This document shows, piece by piece, positions 40,090-49,052 of a DNA stretch of 64,000 nucleotides. Made by a program: the position numbers and the translations under genes. How positions within the stretch are numbered: position 1 is the first letter of the stretch; each line of letters begins with the position of its first letter. Below the pieces are notes generated by a model that saw nothing but the letters and a program-made list of their open reading frames with translations, had not been told where the DNA came from and searched no databases. Location of the stretch: IMG/VR virus record IMGVR_UViG_3300009370_001679, positions 14,606 through 78,605 of that record. One strand, given 5' to 3'. Origin of the DNA: a virus. Taxonomy: Duplodnaviria > Caudoviricetes.

Positions 40090-40885
40090 TGATGAACTCC
40101 TTCCACTCGCAAACATTGTCGGGATTGTCAGAGGCCATAAGCTCAACCTTTTCAATAAAGTTAATTCTAACCTTCTCTTTAGTTTTAGGGTCTACCAACC
40201 CCTTATTGCCATCAAGAAACTTATATACGGCTGACTGGAATATCATACCGTTCATTTTTTCGTATGGTTTCACAAGCACTAAACGCTTCATATCTATATT
40301 CATTCTGTCGTCTATCTTTTCAAATAGGTTTTCAGGTATATCCTCCCCAGAAGTTGTTACAAAAACCCAGCCATTCTTAGCATGTCTAAACGCTTCACCC
40401 ACTAGAAATAAGTCCATCTGACCAACGAGGCTCAGCACAATATGGTACTCGGTTTCTTCAAAGTCAAATTCGGTAGCAAGCAGAGCCTGTATCTCTTCGT
40501 TGTATTCAACGCCCGGATTAATAATGACTATGTATCGAGGCGCGCCACGGGTTTGGTTTTTAATTTGCTTTATTGTATACTTAAGGTCTTCTATGGCGTT
40601 ATCAGAGCCGGTATCTAGAAACACAAACATCCCAATACGTGGAAAAACCTCACTAAGAACTGTTTGTCTTAAATTCTTCTTCTCTTCTTTAGACAGAACC
40701 TTCTTCCACTCTTTAGGTCTATAGGTATTACAAAATCTATCGAAAACAAACTCAAACTTGCCTCCTTCAGTTTTTCCAGCCTTTTCCGGATTTAGCAACT
40801 CCACTCTATTTAGCTTGCAGCCGATTTGCTTTTTATTTCTATACTCGGCAAATACGCAGCCTTTGCAATGTGTCTCAACCCTCAT
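40076..40885 (-). CDS. Hypothetical protein (N-terminal Cys cluster, possibly degenerate GT-A)
   Basis: CKGC...C...C N-terminus; coupled into the cluster operon. Confidence 0.5.
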   Translation of the reverse strand: MRVETHCKGCVFAEYRNKKQIGCKLNRVELLNPEKAGKTEGGKFEFVFDRFCNTYRPKEWKKVLSKEEKKNLRQTVLSEVFPRIGMFVFLDTGSDNAIEDLKYTIKQIKNQTRGAPRYIVIINPGVEYNEEIQALLATEFDFEETEYHIVLSLVGQMDLFLVGEAFRHAKNGWVFVTTSGEDIPENLFEKIDDRMNIDMKRLVLVKPYEKMNGMIFQSAVYKFLDGNKGLVDPKTKEKVRINFIEKVELMASDNPDNVCEWKEFINGTA

Positions 40886-41312
40886 TATTGCTTCTCCTTG
40901 CTGTTATGATTGATTGCATAGTTTCACTACTGATAAATTGCTCTTCTATCCTTAGTCCCAGTTCCTCCAGCCTATCTGCTATGGTCTCTATATTTAGGAC
41001 AGAGGCTATCGAACCAGATGTATCAAACAGTAAGTCATTTATGTCTTGAACGCCCATTCCCATCTTGTTGTAATGGTGGCATATCATGTCTATATCTTTT
41101 TCATAAATAATTATCCTGCCGTTAATCCTAAGTTTTGACACAACCTTATTCAGTACTGGGCCAAGTTCAATATATGGAAAAGAGGTGAGCATTGAGTCTA
41201 TAATGATTTCTATGGCTTCTGAATCATCGACAAAAAGATCAATTGATGATATATCGCTCACCCATATATGATTTGACTCAGAGGGTTTCCTGTTAGACAA
41301 TATGATTTTCAT
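40875..41312 (-). CDS. Hypothetical protein, possibly a truncated methyltransferase fold
   Basis: KLRINGRIII resembles a class I MTase post-II/III segment; no clear SAM-binding glycine motif. Confidence 0.4.
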   Translation of the reverse strand: MKIILSNRKPSESNHIWVSDISSIDLFVDDSEAIEIIIDSMLTSFPYIELGPVLNKVVSKLRINGRIIIYEKDIDMICHHYNKMGMGVQDINDLLFDTSGSIASVLNIETIADRLEELGLRIEEQFISSETMQSIITARRSNNEG

Positions 41313-41314
41313 GT

Positions 41315-42337
41315 TTATTTCCTGTAATTTTGTATAACGTTAAAAAATTGTTTATTCCAACTCTCAACAAATCGGTCTAGATTGAACTCATTTATAATTG
41401 TGGCTTTTGCGTTGTCTCCCAATCTTCTGGCTTCGTCAGGATTGTTAAGGAGATACTCGCAATGACTCCTAAGCTCATCTTTTGTGTTGCCGAGAAGACC
41501 GTTTTCTCCGTCCTGTATAATTTCGGGTATCATACAGTTGTTGGTGCTAACTATAGCGCACCCGCAAGCCATAGCCTCCATTAATACTGTTGGTACGGGA
41601 GAGTGAATAGATGTGTTCAGAAAGATAGAAGACTTCTTATACTCTTCTCTTAAGACCTCAAGACTGGAAGCGGGTTCAGATAATCCGGGACTGCTGCCAA
41701 GAACTTTTATGGGAAGTTGATCGGGAGAGTTAAATCCAACTGTTTGTTGCCATAGGTTCCAGCCACAGCACCAGTCCCTGTTTGGCCAATCGTTGACTAC
41801 AGATATACAGACATTTTCGCGGTCATATGAATCGCCACCGCTCCAGAAATCAGTATCTATTCCATGTTCAATAAAAGAAGTAGTGTTGGATAAATTTTTC
41901 CCCCATTCCTCCATATTGTATCGAGATATAAAGCTGTCATGATCGACCTCAATAGCATTAAAGCTAGCAATCTGTGAACTAACATCAAACCGAATATCTG
42001 GTAAAACATGTGTGTGTCGCAAGATAGGTATATTGAAAAGCTGTTGAATTTGTTTGGCGGTCATAATTCTTTCGCAGCTTGTGTGGCAAAGAATTAAATC
42101 AAAGTTAATATGCCAAGGCACGATATCAATCTCTTGATAGTTTGTGGGAATTAAGCCATAGTCTGTATTCCATGTTTTTCCATGATTCATAGAATAGAAA
42201 TTATGTCCTGTTTTGCATAGACCCTGTTCGTATCTTTCGTGCGTACAAAATGTCAATATATTAAGCGCATCTCCTTCGCTTAAGGTAGACCTTCTCATCA
42301 TAGACCTTACAGACTGTTGGCTCGCGGTACTACTCAT
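41315..42337 (-). CDS. GT4 glycosyltransferase
   Basis: IEHGID and LMEAMACGCAIVST...IPEIIQDGENG motifs. Confidence 0.85.
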   Translation of the reverse strand: MSSTASQQSVRSMMRRSTLSEGDALNILTFCTHERYEQGLCKTGHNFYSMNHGKTWNTDYGLIPTNYQEIDIVPWHINFDLILCHTSCERIMTAKQIQQLFNIPILRHTHVLPDIRFDVSSQIASFNAIEVDHDSFISRYNMEEWGKNLSNTTSFIEHGIDTDFWSGGDSYDRENVCISVVNDWPNRDWCCGWNLWQQTVGFNSPDQLPIKVLGSSPGLSEPASSLEVLREEYKKSSIFLNTSIHSPVPTVLMEAMACGCAIVSTNNCMIPEIIQDGENGLLGNTKDELRSHCEYLLNNPDEARRLGDNAKATIINEFNLDRFVESWNKQFFNVIQNYRK

Positions 42338-43436
42338 ATAACAACTCCTTTAGTTTTTTGCCAATACACTTTATATCGTATTCTCTAGCCTTAGCCATAG
42401 AATCATCTTTTTTGGCATTGTATTCTTTTGGGTTATTCTTGTAAGTCTCATAAGCCACCCTCATTATAGAGCATAGCGACTCCAAGTCTGGCTCCATCCA
42501 TCTGGTAAGCGATGTATACACACTGTCCATCGAGTCTGTTGCCATGTAGCATGGGGCTGGAGACGATGGAACTTTCCACCCCACACAGAAATCATCCATA
42601 CCAGTATTAGCTGTATGTATAACAGGTATGCCCATAGCCATAGACTCTAGTGCCGGTATGCACCAAGCCTCTCCAAAACTAGGCATAACAAAACAGTCGC
42701 ACTTATCCATCAGTGAGTGTAGGTGCCTACTTTCCAGATGCCCTGTTATAGCAATTTCTTTTCTGTAGTTCTTTCTTATTTTAAGCGCTCGTCTTACATT
42801 GCCTGAAAGGGTGTCGAAATATTTAAGCGTCTCATCGTGACTATATCCCGGCTTACTCAGCTTCAAGAATAGGTTAACAGGTTCTGACGGGTGAAACTCT
42901 GTATGAAAAGCCCGTAACAAAGTTTCAATATTTTTTCTCTTGACCATCTCCCCGACAAAGCAGAAGTTAAAACACCCACTAAACTCCCCTACGTTTGCGC
43001 AGTCTTCTATGTTTTGATAATCTTCCATAGGTAGACATAGCGGTGCTAACTTAACGGGGATTGTTACTCCGCTTTTCTGGGAGGCTGTTATCATCTGATT
43101 GTTAGGAACCCACGCTTCGTCAAGCAAGTTTATATGTTTGTGCCACATAGTCTCTGAAAAAGTCGCTGTTTCAGTATAGAAGATACCTATGTTTTTGAAT
43201 CTTGAGTTGTAAGAGTATAGCGGCGGAAGTGTGTGTTGAATACAAACATCTACGCCCTGTTCGCTCTGCCCCTCTAACTCCGCAATTCTTTGGTTGCTAG
43301 TATTGTGCGAGTCATTAAAGGTGATAGCTCTAGGCACAACATTTACTCCAGCAGAATCTAAAGCCAATATATTATTGAAGCAAGCGTTTCCCCACCCCGT
43401 TCTGTCGTTATAGTTTCCTATATAGAGAACTTTCAT
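42330..43436 (-). CDS. GT4 glycosyltransferase
   Basis: RKNIETLL and DCFVMPSFGEAWCIPALESMAMGIPVI motifs. Confidence 0.85.
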   Translation of the reverse strand: MKVLYIGNYNDRTGWGNACFNNILALDSAGVNVVPRAITFNDSHNTSNQRIAELEGQSEQGVDVCIQHTLPPLYSYNSRFKNIGIFYTETATFSETMWHKHINLLDEAWVPNNQMITASQKSGVTIPVKLAPLCLPMEDYQNIEDCANVGEFSGCFNFCFVGEMVKRKNIETLLRAFHTEFHPSEPVNLFLKLSKPGYSHDETLKYFDTLSGNVRRALKIRKNYRKEIAITGHLESRHLHSLMDKCDCFVMPSFGEAWCIPALESMAMGIPVIHTANTGMDDFCVGWKVPSSPAPCYMATDSMDSVYTSLTRWMEPDLESLCSIMRVAYETYKNNPKEYNAKKDDSMAKAREYDIKCIGKKLKELLYE

Positions 43437-45085
43437 CGTTGCCCTCCTTGGATTTTATTAGCCCTAATTTTTTCCCACTCGTTGTGCATCTCTCTCATTT
43501 TGGCCATATGGGTATATGCCAAGTTGACATCAAACTTACCCCAATTTCTTATGTTGTTGTTGAGGTGTGATTCATTGAAATAGAAATCAACATTTGTACT
43601 ACTAGCGGTACACTTATACGTAATATCCCTCAGTGTTCTTTTCCACATATGGTTGCCAATCCAGTCTGGTCTTCGTAGAACATGACTAAAGAGGAAATCT
43701 ACCTGCTCTTTGATGCTAAGGTTTGGCGGGATTTCAGTAGCGGATGGTAATATTCTTGGAGCGGAAAGCCATGTCTCGGCGTGATTTCTAACTGGCGTCT
43801 TCTCAAAATAATCTGCCCATTTGCTCGCAGTATCATCCCAGCTATATCGAGAAAGCGTGCTCTGCCTCATGTTATAGCCCGCCTGTTTACGTTTTTCATC
43901 GCTGGTATTGTAGAGGTCAGTAATATGCTGTAGCGCTACTTTGTTATCTGGGATAGCCCTATTACACCCCGTCTCACATTCCATTTGAAGGTAGCTTACC
44001 GGAACCTTGAAAGCCCCAATATTGTCTGCGACAGACTGCATAGCGGAATAGTCAACGGTAATGACGGGAACTCCCGACTGAGACGCTTCTAGTTGGGGCA
44101 TGCCAAACCCTTCACTATTTGCATATTGTATATATACATCAAACAGGCTGTATATTTGCGCAAGTTCATCTCTTTCTATTTTATTGTTTATGCCAACAAG
44201 CTCTCTTGTAAAGTTTGCGCACTGATAGCAATGATTAATAACATCATTAAAAAATGAGGCATTAATATGACCGCACTTCTTGCACCTGTATGTAAATAAA
44301 ACCCTATTGGTTAACCCATACTCTTGAAGAAGCTGAGGTATTTCCCAACCAATGTCAGGATAAGATGTGTGGCAATAAAGATATGCATTGGGAGCATCGT
44401 TAGAGTCCAGAAACTCCCTGAATGTTTTAAACAAATCTGGAAACAGTTTTCTTCGCTGGTTCCTCATTACCGTACCAAGAATAAACGAATCTTCAGCTAG
44501 CCCAAAATTTAATTTATGCGAGATCTTGTCATGAACAATATCAAACTCCTGACTAGCACAGGGAGATGCTATATCTATAAAGTTCAAATCTTGGCATTGC
44601 CCTAAGAGAACATCTTTGCCGAACTCGGAGTACGCAAACACGGCGTCTGCACTAGCGAAGGTGTCCATCCACTGGTTGTTTTGGGGGGCGGCGTCTACTG
44701 TCGGCATTATGCACCAATTAAAGAAATCTCGAAACGGAGTTCTTTGCTGGAATTCAAACATCCACCAGTCTCGTATGTCTACAACAAAGTCGGGCATAAA
44801 GTCTAGCAAGACATGATTAAATGTATACTCACCAAATTCATACGATGGCTGTGACTTGTACTCATCCCACTCTGGACTGCCTTTTACGGGCTGGTTTGGA
44901 AATATAGTCCAATTACAGTTCTTGGCCTCTTTATTTGCCCTTGCTTGGTCTACATAACAGGCAAGCTCGGCAACCTCAAATCTAGGGTCTACACTCAGGC
45001 GAGAAAGAACCTCTTTTGTATATACAGAATACCCTGTAGGCAAGAAGTGTCCCTCTGAGCAGAAAAGTATTTTTTTACGTCTCAT
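43433..45085 (-). CDS. GT4 glycosyltransferase with internal zinc ribbon, 550 aa
   Basis: MRNQRRK and SEGFGMPQLEASQSGVPVI motifs; inserted CKKC-x14-CYQC. Confidence 0.85.
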   Translation of the reverse strand: MRRKKILFCSEGHFLPTGYSVYTKEVLSRLSVDPRFEVAELACYVDQARANKEAKNCNWTIFPNQPVKGSPEWDEYKSQPSYEFGEYTFNHVLLDFMPDFVVDIRDWWMFEFQQRTPFRDFFNWCIMPTVDAAPQNNQWMDTFASADAVFAYSEFGKDVLLGQCQDLNFIDIASPCASQEFDIVHDKISHKLNFGLAEDSFILGTVMRNQRRKLFPDLFKTFREFLDSNDAPNAYLYCHTSYPDIGWEIPQLLQEYGLTNRVLFTYRCKKCGHINASFFNDVINHCYQCANFTRELVGINNKIERDELAQIYSLFDVYIQYANSEGFGMPQLEASQSGVPVITVDYSAMQSVADNIGAFKVPVSYLQMECETGCNRAIPDNKVALQHITDLYNTSDEKRKQAGYNMRQSTLSRYSWDDTASKWADYFEKTPVRNHAETWLSAPRILPSATEIPPNLSIKEQVDFLFSHVLRRPDWIGNHMWKRTLRDITYKCTASSTNVDFYFNESHLNNNIRNWGKFDVNLAYTHMAKMREMHNEWEKIRANKIQGGQR

Positions 45086-45554
45086 GTCTTCTTATTTTTC
45101 CTATTGCTGAGTATAGTAAACTATAGTATTCATTCTTTGAGAGGAAAAGCTCTCCGCAAATATCTTTTCTGGTATATCCTCTCGATTTAAAATCCAGTAT
45201 TTTTCTTTCCATCGGTAACAGCTTATTCTTGTACGCGGCTAACAAACTCTGGAACTCCAGCATGTGGTGATCCTCTGTGTATTCAGACGGCGTGGCTATT
45301 TCTAGTTTTGATAGGCTCTGCCAGTCGCTCTCTTTCTTTAGAAATTTTATTAGGTGGTTTCTAACAGAGGAAAACATATAATTCCTGAGTGGGCCAATTT
45401 CAGCGTCATAATTTTTAATTGCCTGTAGGGAGCCCAAAAAAGCAACCTGAAGCAAGTCCTCAAACTCATAAGATTCAGACTGATCATTAAACTTTGTAAC
45501 AAGATATATAATTACATCTAGGTTGTCGTCGATGCTCGCTTTAGTTCTGATCAT
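45075..45554 (-). CDS. Phage sigma-70-family (ECF-size) sigma factor
   Basis: Region 2 (EDLLQVAFLGSLQAIKNYD...VRNHL) and region 4 HTH (LLPMERKIL...GYTRKDICGEL). Confidence 0.75.
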   Translation of the reverse strand: MIRTKASIDDNLDVIIYLVTKFNDQSESYEFEDLLQVAFLGSLQAIKNYDAEIGPLRNYMFSSVRNHLIKFLKKESDWQSLSKLEIATPSEYTEDHHMLEFQSLLAAYKNKLLPMERKILDFKSRGYTRKDICGELFLSKNEYYSLLYSAIGKIRRHET

Positions 45555-45882
45555 TCGGTCTTTCTTTTTCGTTGAAAATCTTAAAGCTCTGTACTCTGAA
45601 ATTTATTTTTTGTTTGTTTTCACCTTGTGAGTTAGTCCATTTTTGCTGCCTAGCAGAGGCGTGGATAGCGATAATCTGGCCCTTTTTACAGATTTTATGT
45701 ATGGTTGTTCCTCCACTATCCCAAGCCTCGAACTCAAAAAAATCCACTCGCTTCTTTTTATTACCCTCTTTATCTCTGCGGTATTCCTCAACGGCAAGAG
45801 AAAAGGTTACAAGCTGGGTATTCCCAACATCCCTTATTTCAGGGTCGGCAGTAAACCTTCCCACAAAGTTACAGTTATTCAT
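45541..45882 (-). CDS. ssb: Single-stranded DNA-binding protein (short, no long acidic tail)
   Basis: MNNCNFVGRFTADPE...FSLAV...DFFEFEAW...KGQ OB-fold pattern. Confidence 0.9.
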   Translation of the reverse strand: MNNCNFVGRFTADPEIRDVGNTQLVTFSLAVEEYRRDKEGNKKKRVDFFEFEAWDSGGTTIHKICKKGQIIAIHASARQQKWTNSQGENKQKINFRVQSFKIFNEKERPNDQN

Positions 45883-45914
45883 TTACAATCTCCAATAATG
45901 TATGTATATAGAAG

Positions 45915-45943
45915 ATTATAGCCTATTATTACGCTTGAGACAC
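45915..45943 (-). promoter_or_regulatory. Possible promoter upstream of ssb-sigma-glycan operon
   Basis: Perfect TATAAT (45915-45920, - strand) in the intergenic gap; only a weak -35 (GTGTCT) at 17 bp. Confidence 0.4.
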
Positions 45944-47482
45944 TTTGTTAATGACCAAACTTGTATCTTTTTTGCTGGATACTTGACCAAAGGCAACAAT
46001 TGTATTGCCTTCATATAGAATTTCCTTGAATTTGCCATATGTCTCAGGAAATATAACGGCAGAGTCAAGGGTTGCTGTAGAGTCTTCCACCGACAAGAAA
46101 GCCATAATCTGGCCCGGATTTTTACCGTTCTTTGTGGCATATTCTCGCAAGGAGTTTATATGGATTGCTACGTTTACCTTGCCCGTTCTACCGTTAACTA
46201 TCTCTTTACATGTACAATTAACCGCCGCACTTTGTATGGCATCAGTTTTGGAGAAGGTTAGCGCCACGCCCATATATTTGTTTTCTGCATCTGCAATCCA
46301 GTTAGGGTGGTCAGTAAGGTCAAACGGCGGAGACTCGATAATATTTCGGACATCAAACACTTTGATTAGTCTGTTAGAATTTATCTTTAGGTTATTTATC
46401 ATGTTATCTATAGCGGCAATTATAGAATCGTCTGGATTGTAGTTATTAGACAGCCATTCTCTTTCTCTAATGGACAAGTCTCTATAGCTCTTGTATTCAT
46501 AAAGAAGGGCATTTCTATGTTTAGTATTATTTTTACCATTAAAAGCGCCAACAGTAATGAGTGCCTCAATGCATGTCTTGTTTACTTTTAGACCTAAATT
46601 AAATAGAGTGTCTAACCAAGTGAACTCAGCAAAAGTTTTGCCTAGCTTTTCTTCTAGCTCTGGAACCAAATCCAACATCTTCTTGGTTTCAGCCGTACCA
46701 ACACCTTTAATGTTTGTAATGCCAAAGTATATATTGCTTTCTGCCGCAGTAAAGGATGGATAGAAGTGCCCTAGTCTGGGAGGTAGGGTCTCTATGTCAT
46801 ATAGCTTTGCGTCAGACACAAGCTCTTTGATTTCCACCTGTTGGTCGGGCTTTCTTTCTGAGTGATTGAGGTAAGACTCAAAGAACCTCATCTTTCTGTG
46901 AACCTTACAGTATGCACTTCTGTAGGCGTTAACAGCATAAGAAACAGCATGAGATTTATTAAACGCATAGCGATTAGATTTTTCAATCCAGCCAAAAATT
47001 TCTTCCGCTATCTCTTTATTAAGACCCTCAGTGCTTGTCACTCCAGACAGGAAAGATTTTTTAACCTTTGCCATCAAGCCCGCTTTCTTCTTACCGATAG
47101 CCTTACGGAGGTTGTCCGCTTCTTTTAGATCGAATCCAGCAAGCTGCTGGGCAATTTTCATGGACTGCTCTTGGTATACAAGAACCCCATAGGTTTCACT
47201 AAGGATTGGCTCAAGGCTCGGATGAAGATATTTGACTTCATCAATACCAGCTTTCCTATCTACGTAGTGCTGAGTCATGGACTTGCCCTCAGTAAAAGCC
47301 TTTAGACAGCCGGGCCTAATCAATGAAATAAGAGCCGACAGCTCTTCTATGCTACGAGGCTTAACTCGCCTCGCCCAAGACCTACCAAGTTGAGACTCTA
47401 GCTGGAATACCCCTTTGGTTCTTCCGTCGCAAATCAAGTCCCACACTTTGTCATCATCAAAATCGTCAATATTAAATATCAT
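45929..47482 (-). CDS. dnaE: DNA polymerase III alpha, C-terminal half (fingers, HhH, OB)
   Basis: GVFQLES, LIRPG, ETYGVLVYQEQ, LRKAIGKKK, YAFNKSHAVSY, IKGVG and MAFLSVED motifs. Confidence 0.92.
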   Translation of the reverse strand: MIFNIDDFDDDKVWDLICDGRTKGVFQLESQLGRSWARRVKPRSIEELSALISLIRPGCLKAFTEGKSMTQHYVDRKAGIDEVKYLHPSLEPILSETYGVLVYQEQSMKIAQQLAGFDLKEADNLRKAIGKKKAGLMAKVKKSFLSGVTSTEGLNKEIAEEIFGWIEKSNRYAFNKSHAVSYAVNAYRSAYCKVHRKMRFFESYLNHSERKPDQQVEIKELVSDAKLYDIETLPPRLGHFYPSFTAAESNIYFGITNIKGVGTAETKKMLDLVPELEEKLGKTFAEFTWLDTLFNLGLKVNKTCIEALITVGAFNGKNNTKHRNALLYEYKSYRDLSIREREWLSNNYNPDDSIIAAIDNMINNLKINSNRLIKVFDVRNIIESPPFDLTDHPNWIADAENKYMGVALTFSKTDAIQSAAVNCTCKEIVNGRTGKVNVAIHINSLREYATKNGKNPGQIMAFLSVEDSTATLDSAVIFPETYGKFKEILYEGNTIVAFGQVSSKKDTSLVINKVSQA

Positions 47483-48156
47483 TCAACTTCTTCCCACCTT
47501 GCTGTAAATTCCTTAAATTCCTTTTGTAGCCCTTTTATCGTCTGATTATCAAATATATTTTGAGCGGTTTTAGGTTCTGGATTTTGAATATGGGCGCCAT
47601 GAATCCCAGACTTGTCATCAATACAGCTAAAATCATTACCGATTTTTGCTTGAATACCCCGATGAGAACTTATGGAAAAATCTCTTTCTATTAAATCTCT
47701 ACGCTCTTTATCTATGGTGCTATTGAAACGATTCTCTAGCTTTTTAAAAATATAGTCAAAGTTATTCCAAAAGGATTCATACTTAAGAATAACAACATCT
47801 TTACCATCATCGCGAATAGAGTCAACAAACTCCCAAAAACTACGATGATGGCCTAAACTCTCATGGCAAACAGGCATATGTTCTTCTTGCTTCTTTTTTG
47901 AAATTCTCACAAGAGAAGCCGCTGTATCTATAGGGTTTCTTATAGTGCATATAGCAGGTAACTCTTTGGTGGGAAAATGACTAACCCCCTGAACCCTACA
48001 TCCAAATACCCAAATATTATAGTCGATTGGATGGAAGTAGTGAACTTCAGAAAAAACATTTCTTAATATTCTATTTACTAACGTTGACCCGCTACGAGAG
48101 ATTGACCACTGTAAAACCGTTTTCTCTATGATAGGATTAAACGTAGAATTCGCCAT
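47479..48156 (-). CDS. Sulfotransferase-fold protein
   Basis: SRSGSTLV (5'-PSB loop), IRNPIDTAAS (3'-PB) and LKYE motifs; start uncertain (48156 or 48174). Confidence 0.7.
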   Translation of the reverse strand: MANSTFNPIIEKTVLQWSISRSGSTLVNRILRNVFSEVHYFHPIDYNIWVFGCRVQGVSHFPTKELPAICTIRNPIDTAASLVRISKKKQEEHMPVCHESLGHHRSFWEFVDSIRDDGKDVVILKYESFWNNFDYIFKKLENRFNSTIDKERRDLIERDFSISSHRGIQAKIGNDFSCIDDKSGIHGAHIQNPEPKTAQNIFDNQTIKGLQKEFKEFTARWEEVE

Positions 48157-48826
48157 TTGCAAATGCTTTCTCAAACTTAGTCTTCTGTGAAATGTTTCTT
48201 TGAAACTTCAGGAACTTAATGAGGATATTTGCCGTATCCTTTACGTCTTGAAGGGCGTCGTGAGCGTTCTCTTTGCTCTCTTCTGGGAATCCCATATACT
48301 CTCGCAGGAAGTCCATGCTGATACTCTTAAAGTCTCGATTGTTTTCTGTCCAAGAGAATACCATATCCATCAAGTCGAGCTTGAAGATCGGATTGAAGAT
48401 AGACTGCCGACCTCTAGTATCGGTAGTGCCGTACATCTCGCACATTCTCTGAGCAATAGGTAAGTCAAAACCAATAATATTATATCCAGCGGCTATAGGT
48501 GCAGTATAAGACGAGCCTCTGAAGTTGAACTTATTACAGAAGTCCTCAAACTTTTTCCATACTGTTTTTGGCAATGGGGCTTTAGCAAGAGCTTTTCTGT
48601 TCTTGCCAGTAATCTCTAACGCTTCCTCCTCTAGTGGGTCAACTCCGGCTTCAATAGCTTTCTTATCGTCAATGATAGGTCTAATCTCACTATTAAAAAT
48701 TCCGCCCGGCTGAATTGTTAGCTTACGCCCGTGTAGAGCGATAGCCGCAATCTGTGTTGGTTGTGTTGTGAGCGGGTTTCTAGAGCCTGTCTCAAAGTCA
48801 AACACAATTATATCTCTAAAATTCAT
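48137..48826 (-). CDS. DEDDh 3'-5' exonuclease (DnaQ/epsilon-like)
   Basis: VFDFETG (Exo I), AGYNIIGFD (Exo II) and HDALQD (Exo III). Confidence 0.88.
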   Translation of the reverse strand: MNFRDIIVFDFETGSRNPLTTQPTQIAAIALHGRKLTIQPGGIFNSEIRPIIDDKKAIEAGVDPLEEEALEITGKNRKALAKAPLPKTVWKKFEDFCNKFNFRGSSYTAPIAAGYNIIGFDLPIAQRMCEMYGTTDTRGRQSIFNPIFKLDLMDMVFSWTENNRDFKSISMDFLREYMGFPEESKENAHDALQDVKDTANILIKFLKFQRNISQKTKFEKAFANGEFYV

Positions 48827-49050
48827 TTAAGTGATCCTTTTAATTCAACAAACTTGTTAACAGCTTCATCTATGTCTTTAAAGATTTCGCTATACTTACA
48901 ACGAGGGTTATCTGAGTGTACCTGATAAGCACCAGTAACATACCCTTTATATTGTGGTAGAAAATGTCTCAAATCGCACAAGCTTATGCTTTTAGATTCA
49001 ATGGCGCAGCCAGAAAAAATGACCGACTTGTAATCCCGCTTAATACTCAT
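48823..49050 (-). CDS. Hypothetical protein, 75 aa
   Basis: Translationally coupled between dnaE-N and the exonuclease. Confidence 0.6.
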   Translation of the reverse strand: MSIKRDYKSVIFSGCAIESKSISLCDLRHFLPQYKGYVTGAYQVHSDNPRCKYSEIFKDIDEAVNKFVELKGSLK

Positions 49051-49052
49051 TC

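Noticed and set aside
47483-49052. Split intein or self-splicing intron joining the dnaE halves
   Set aside because: No Cys/Ser-start or His-Asn-end intein motifs, and the gap is fully occupied by coding genes.
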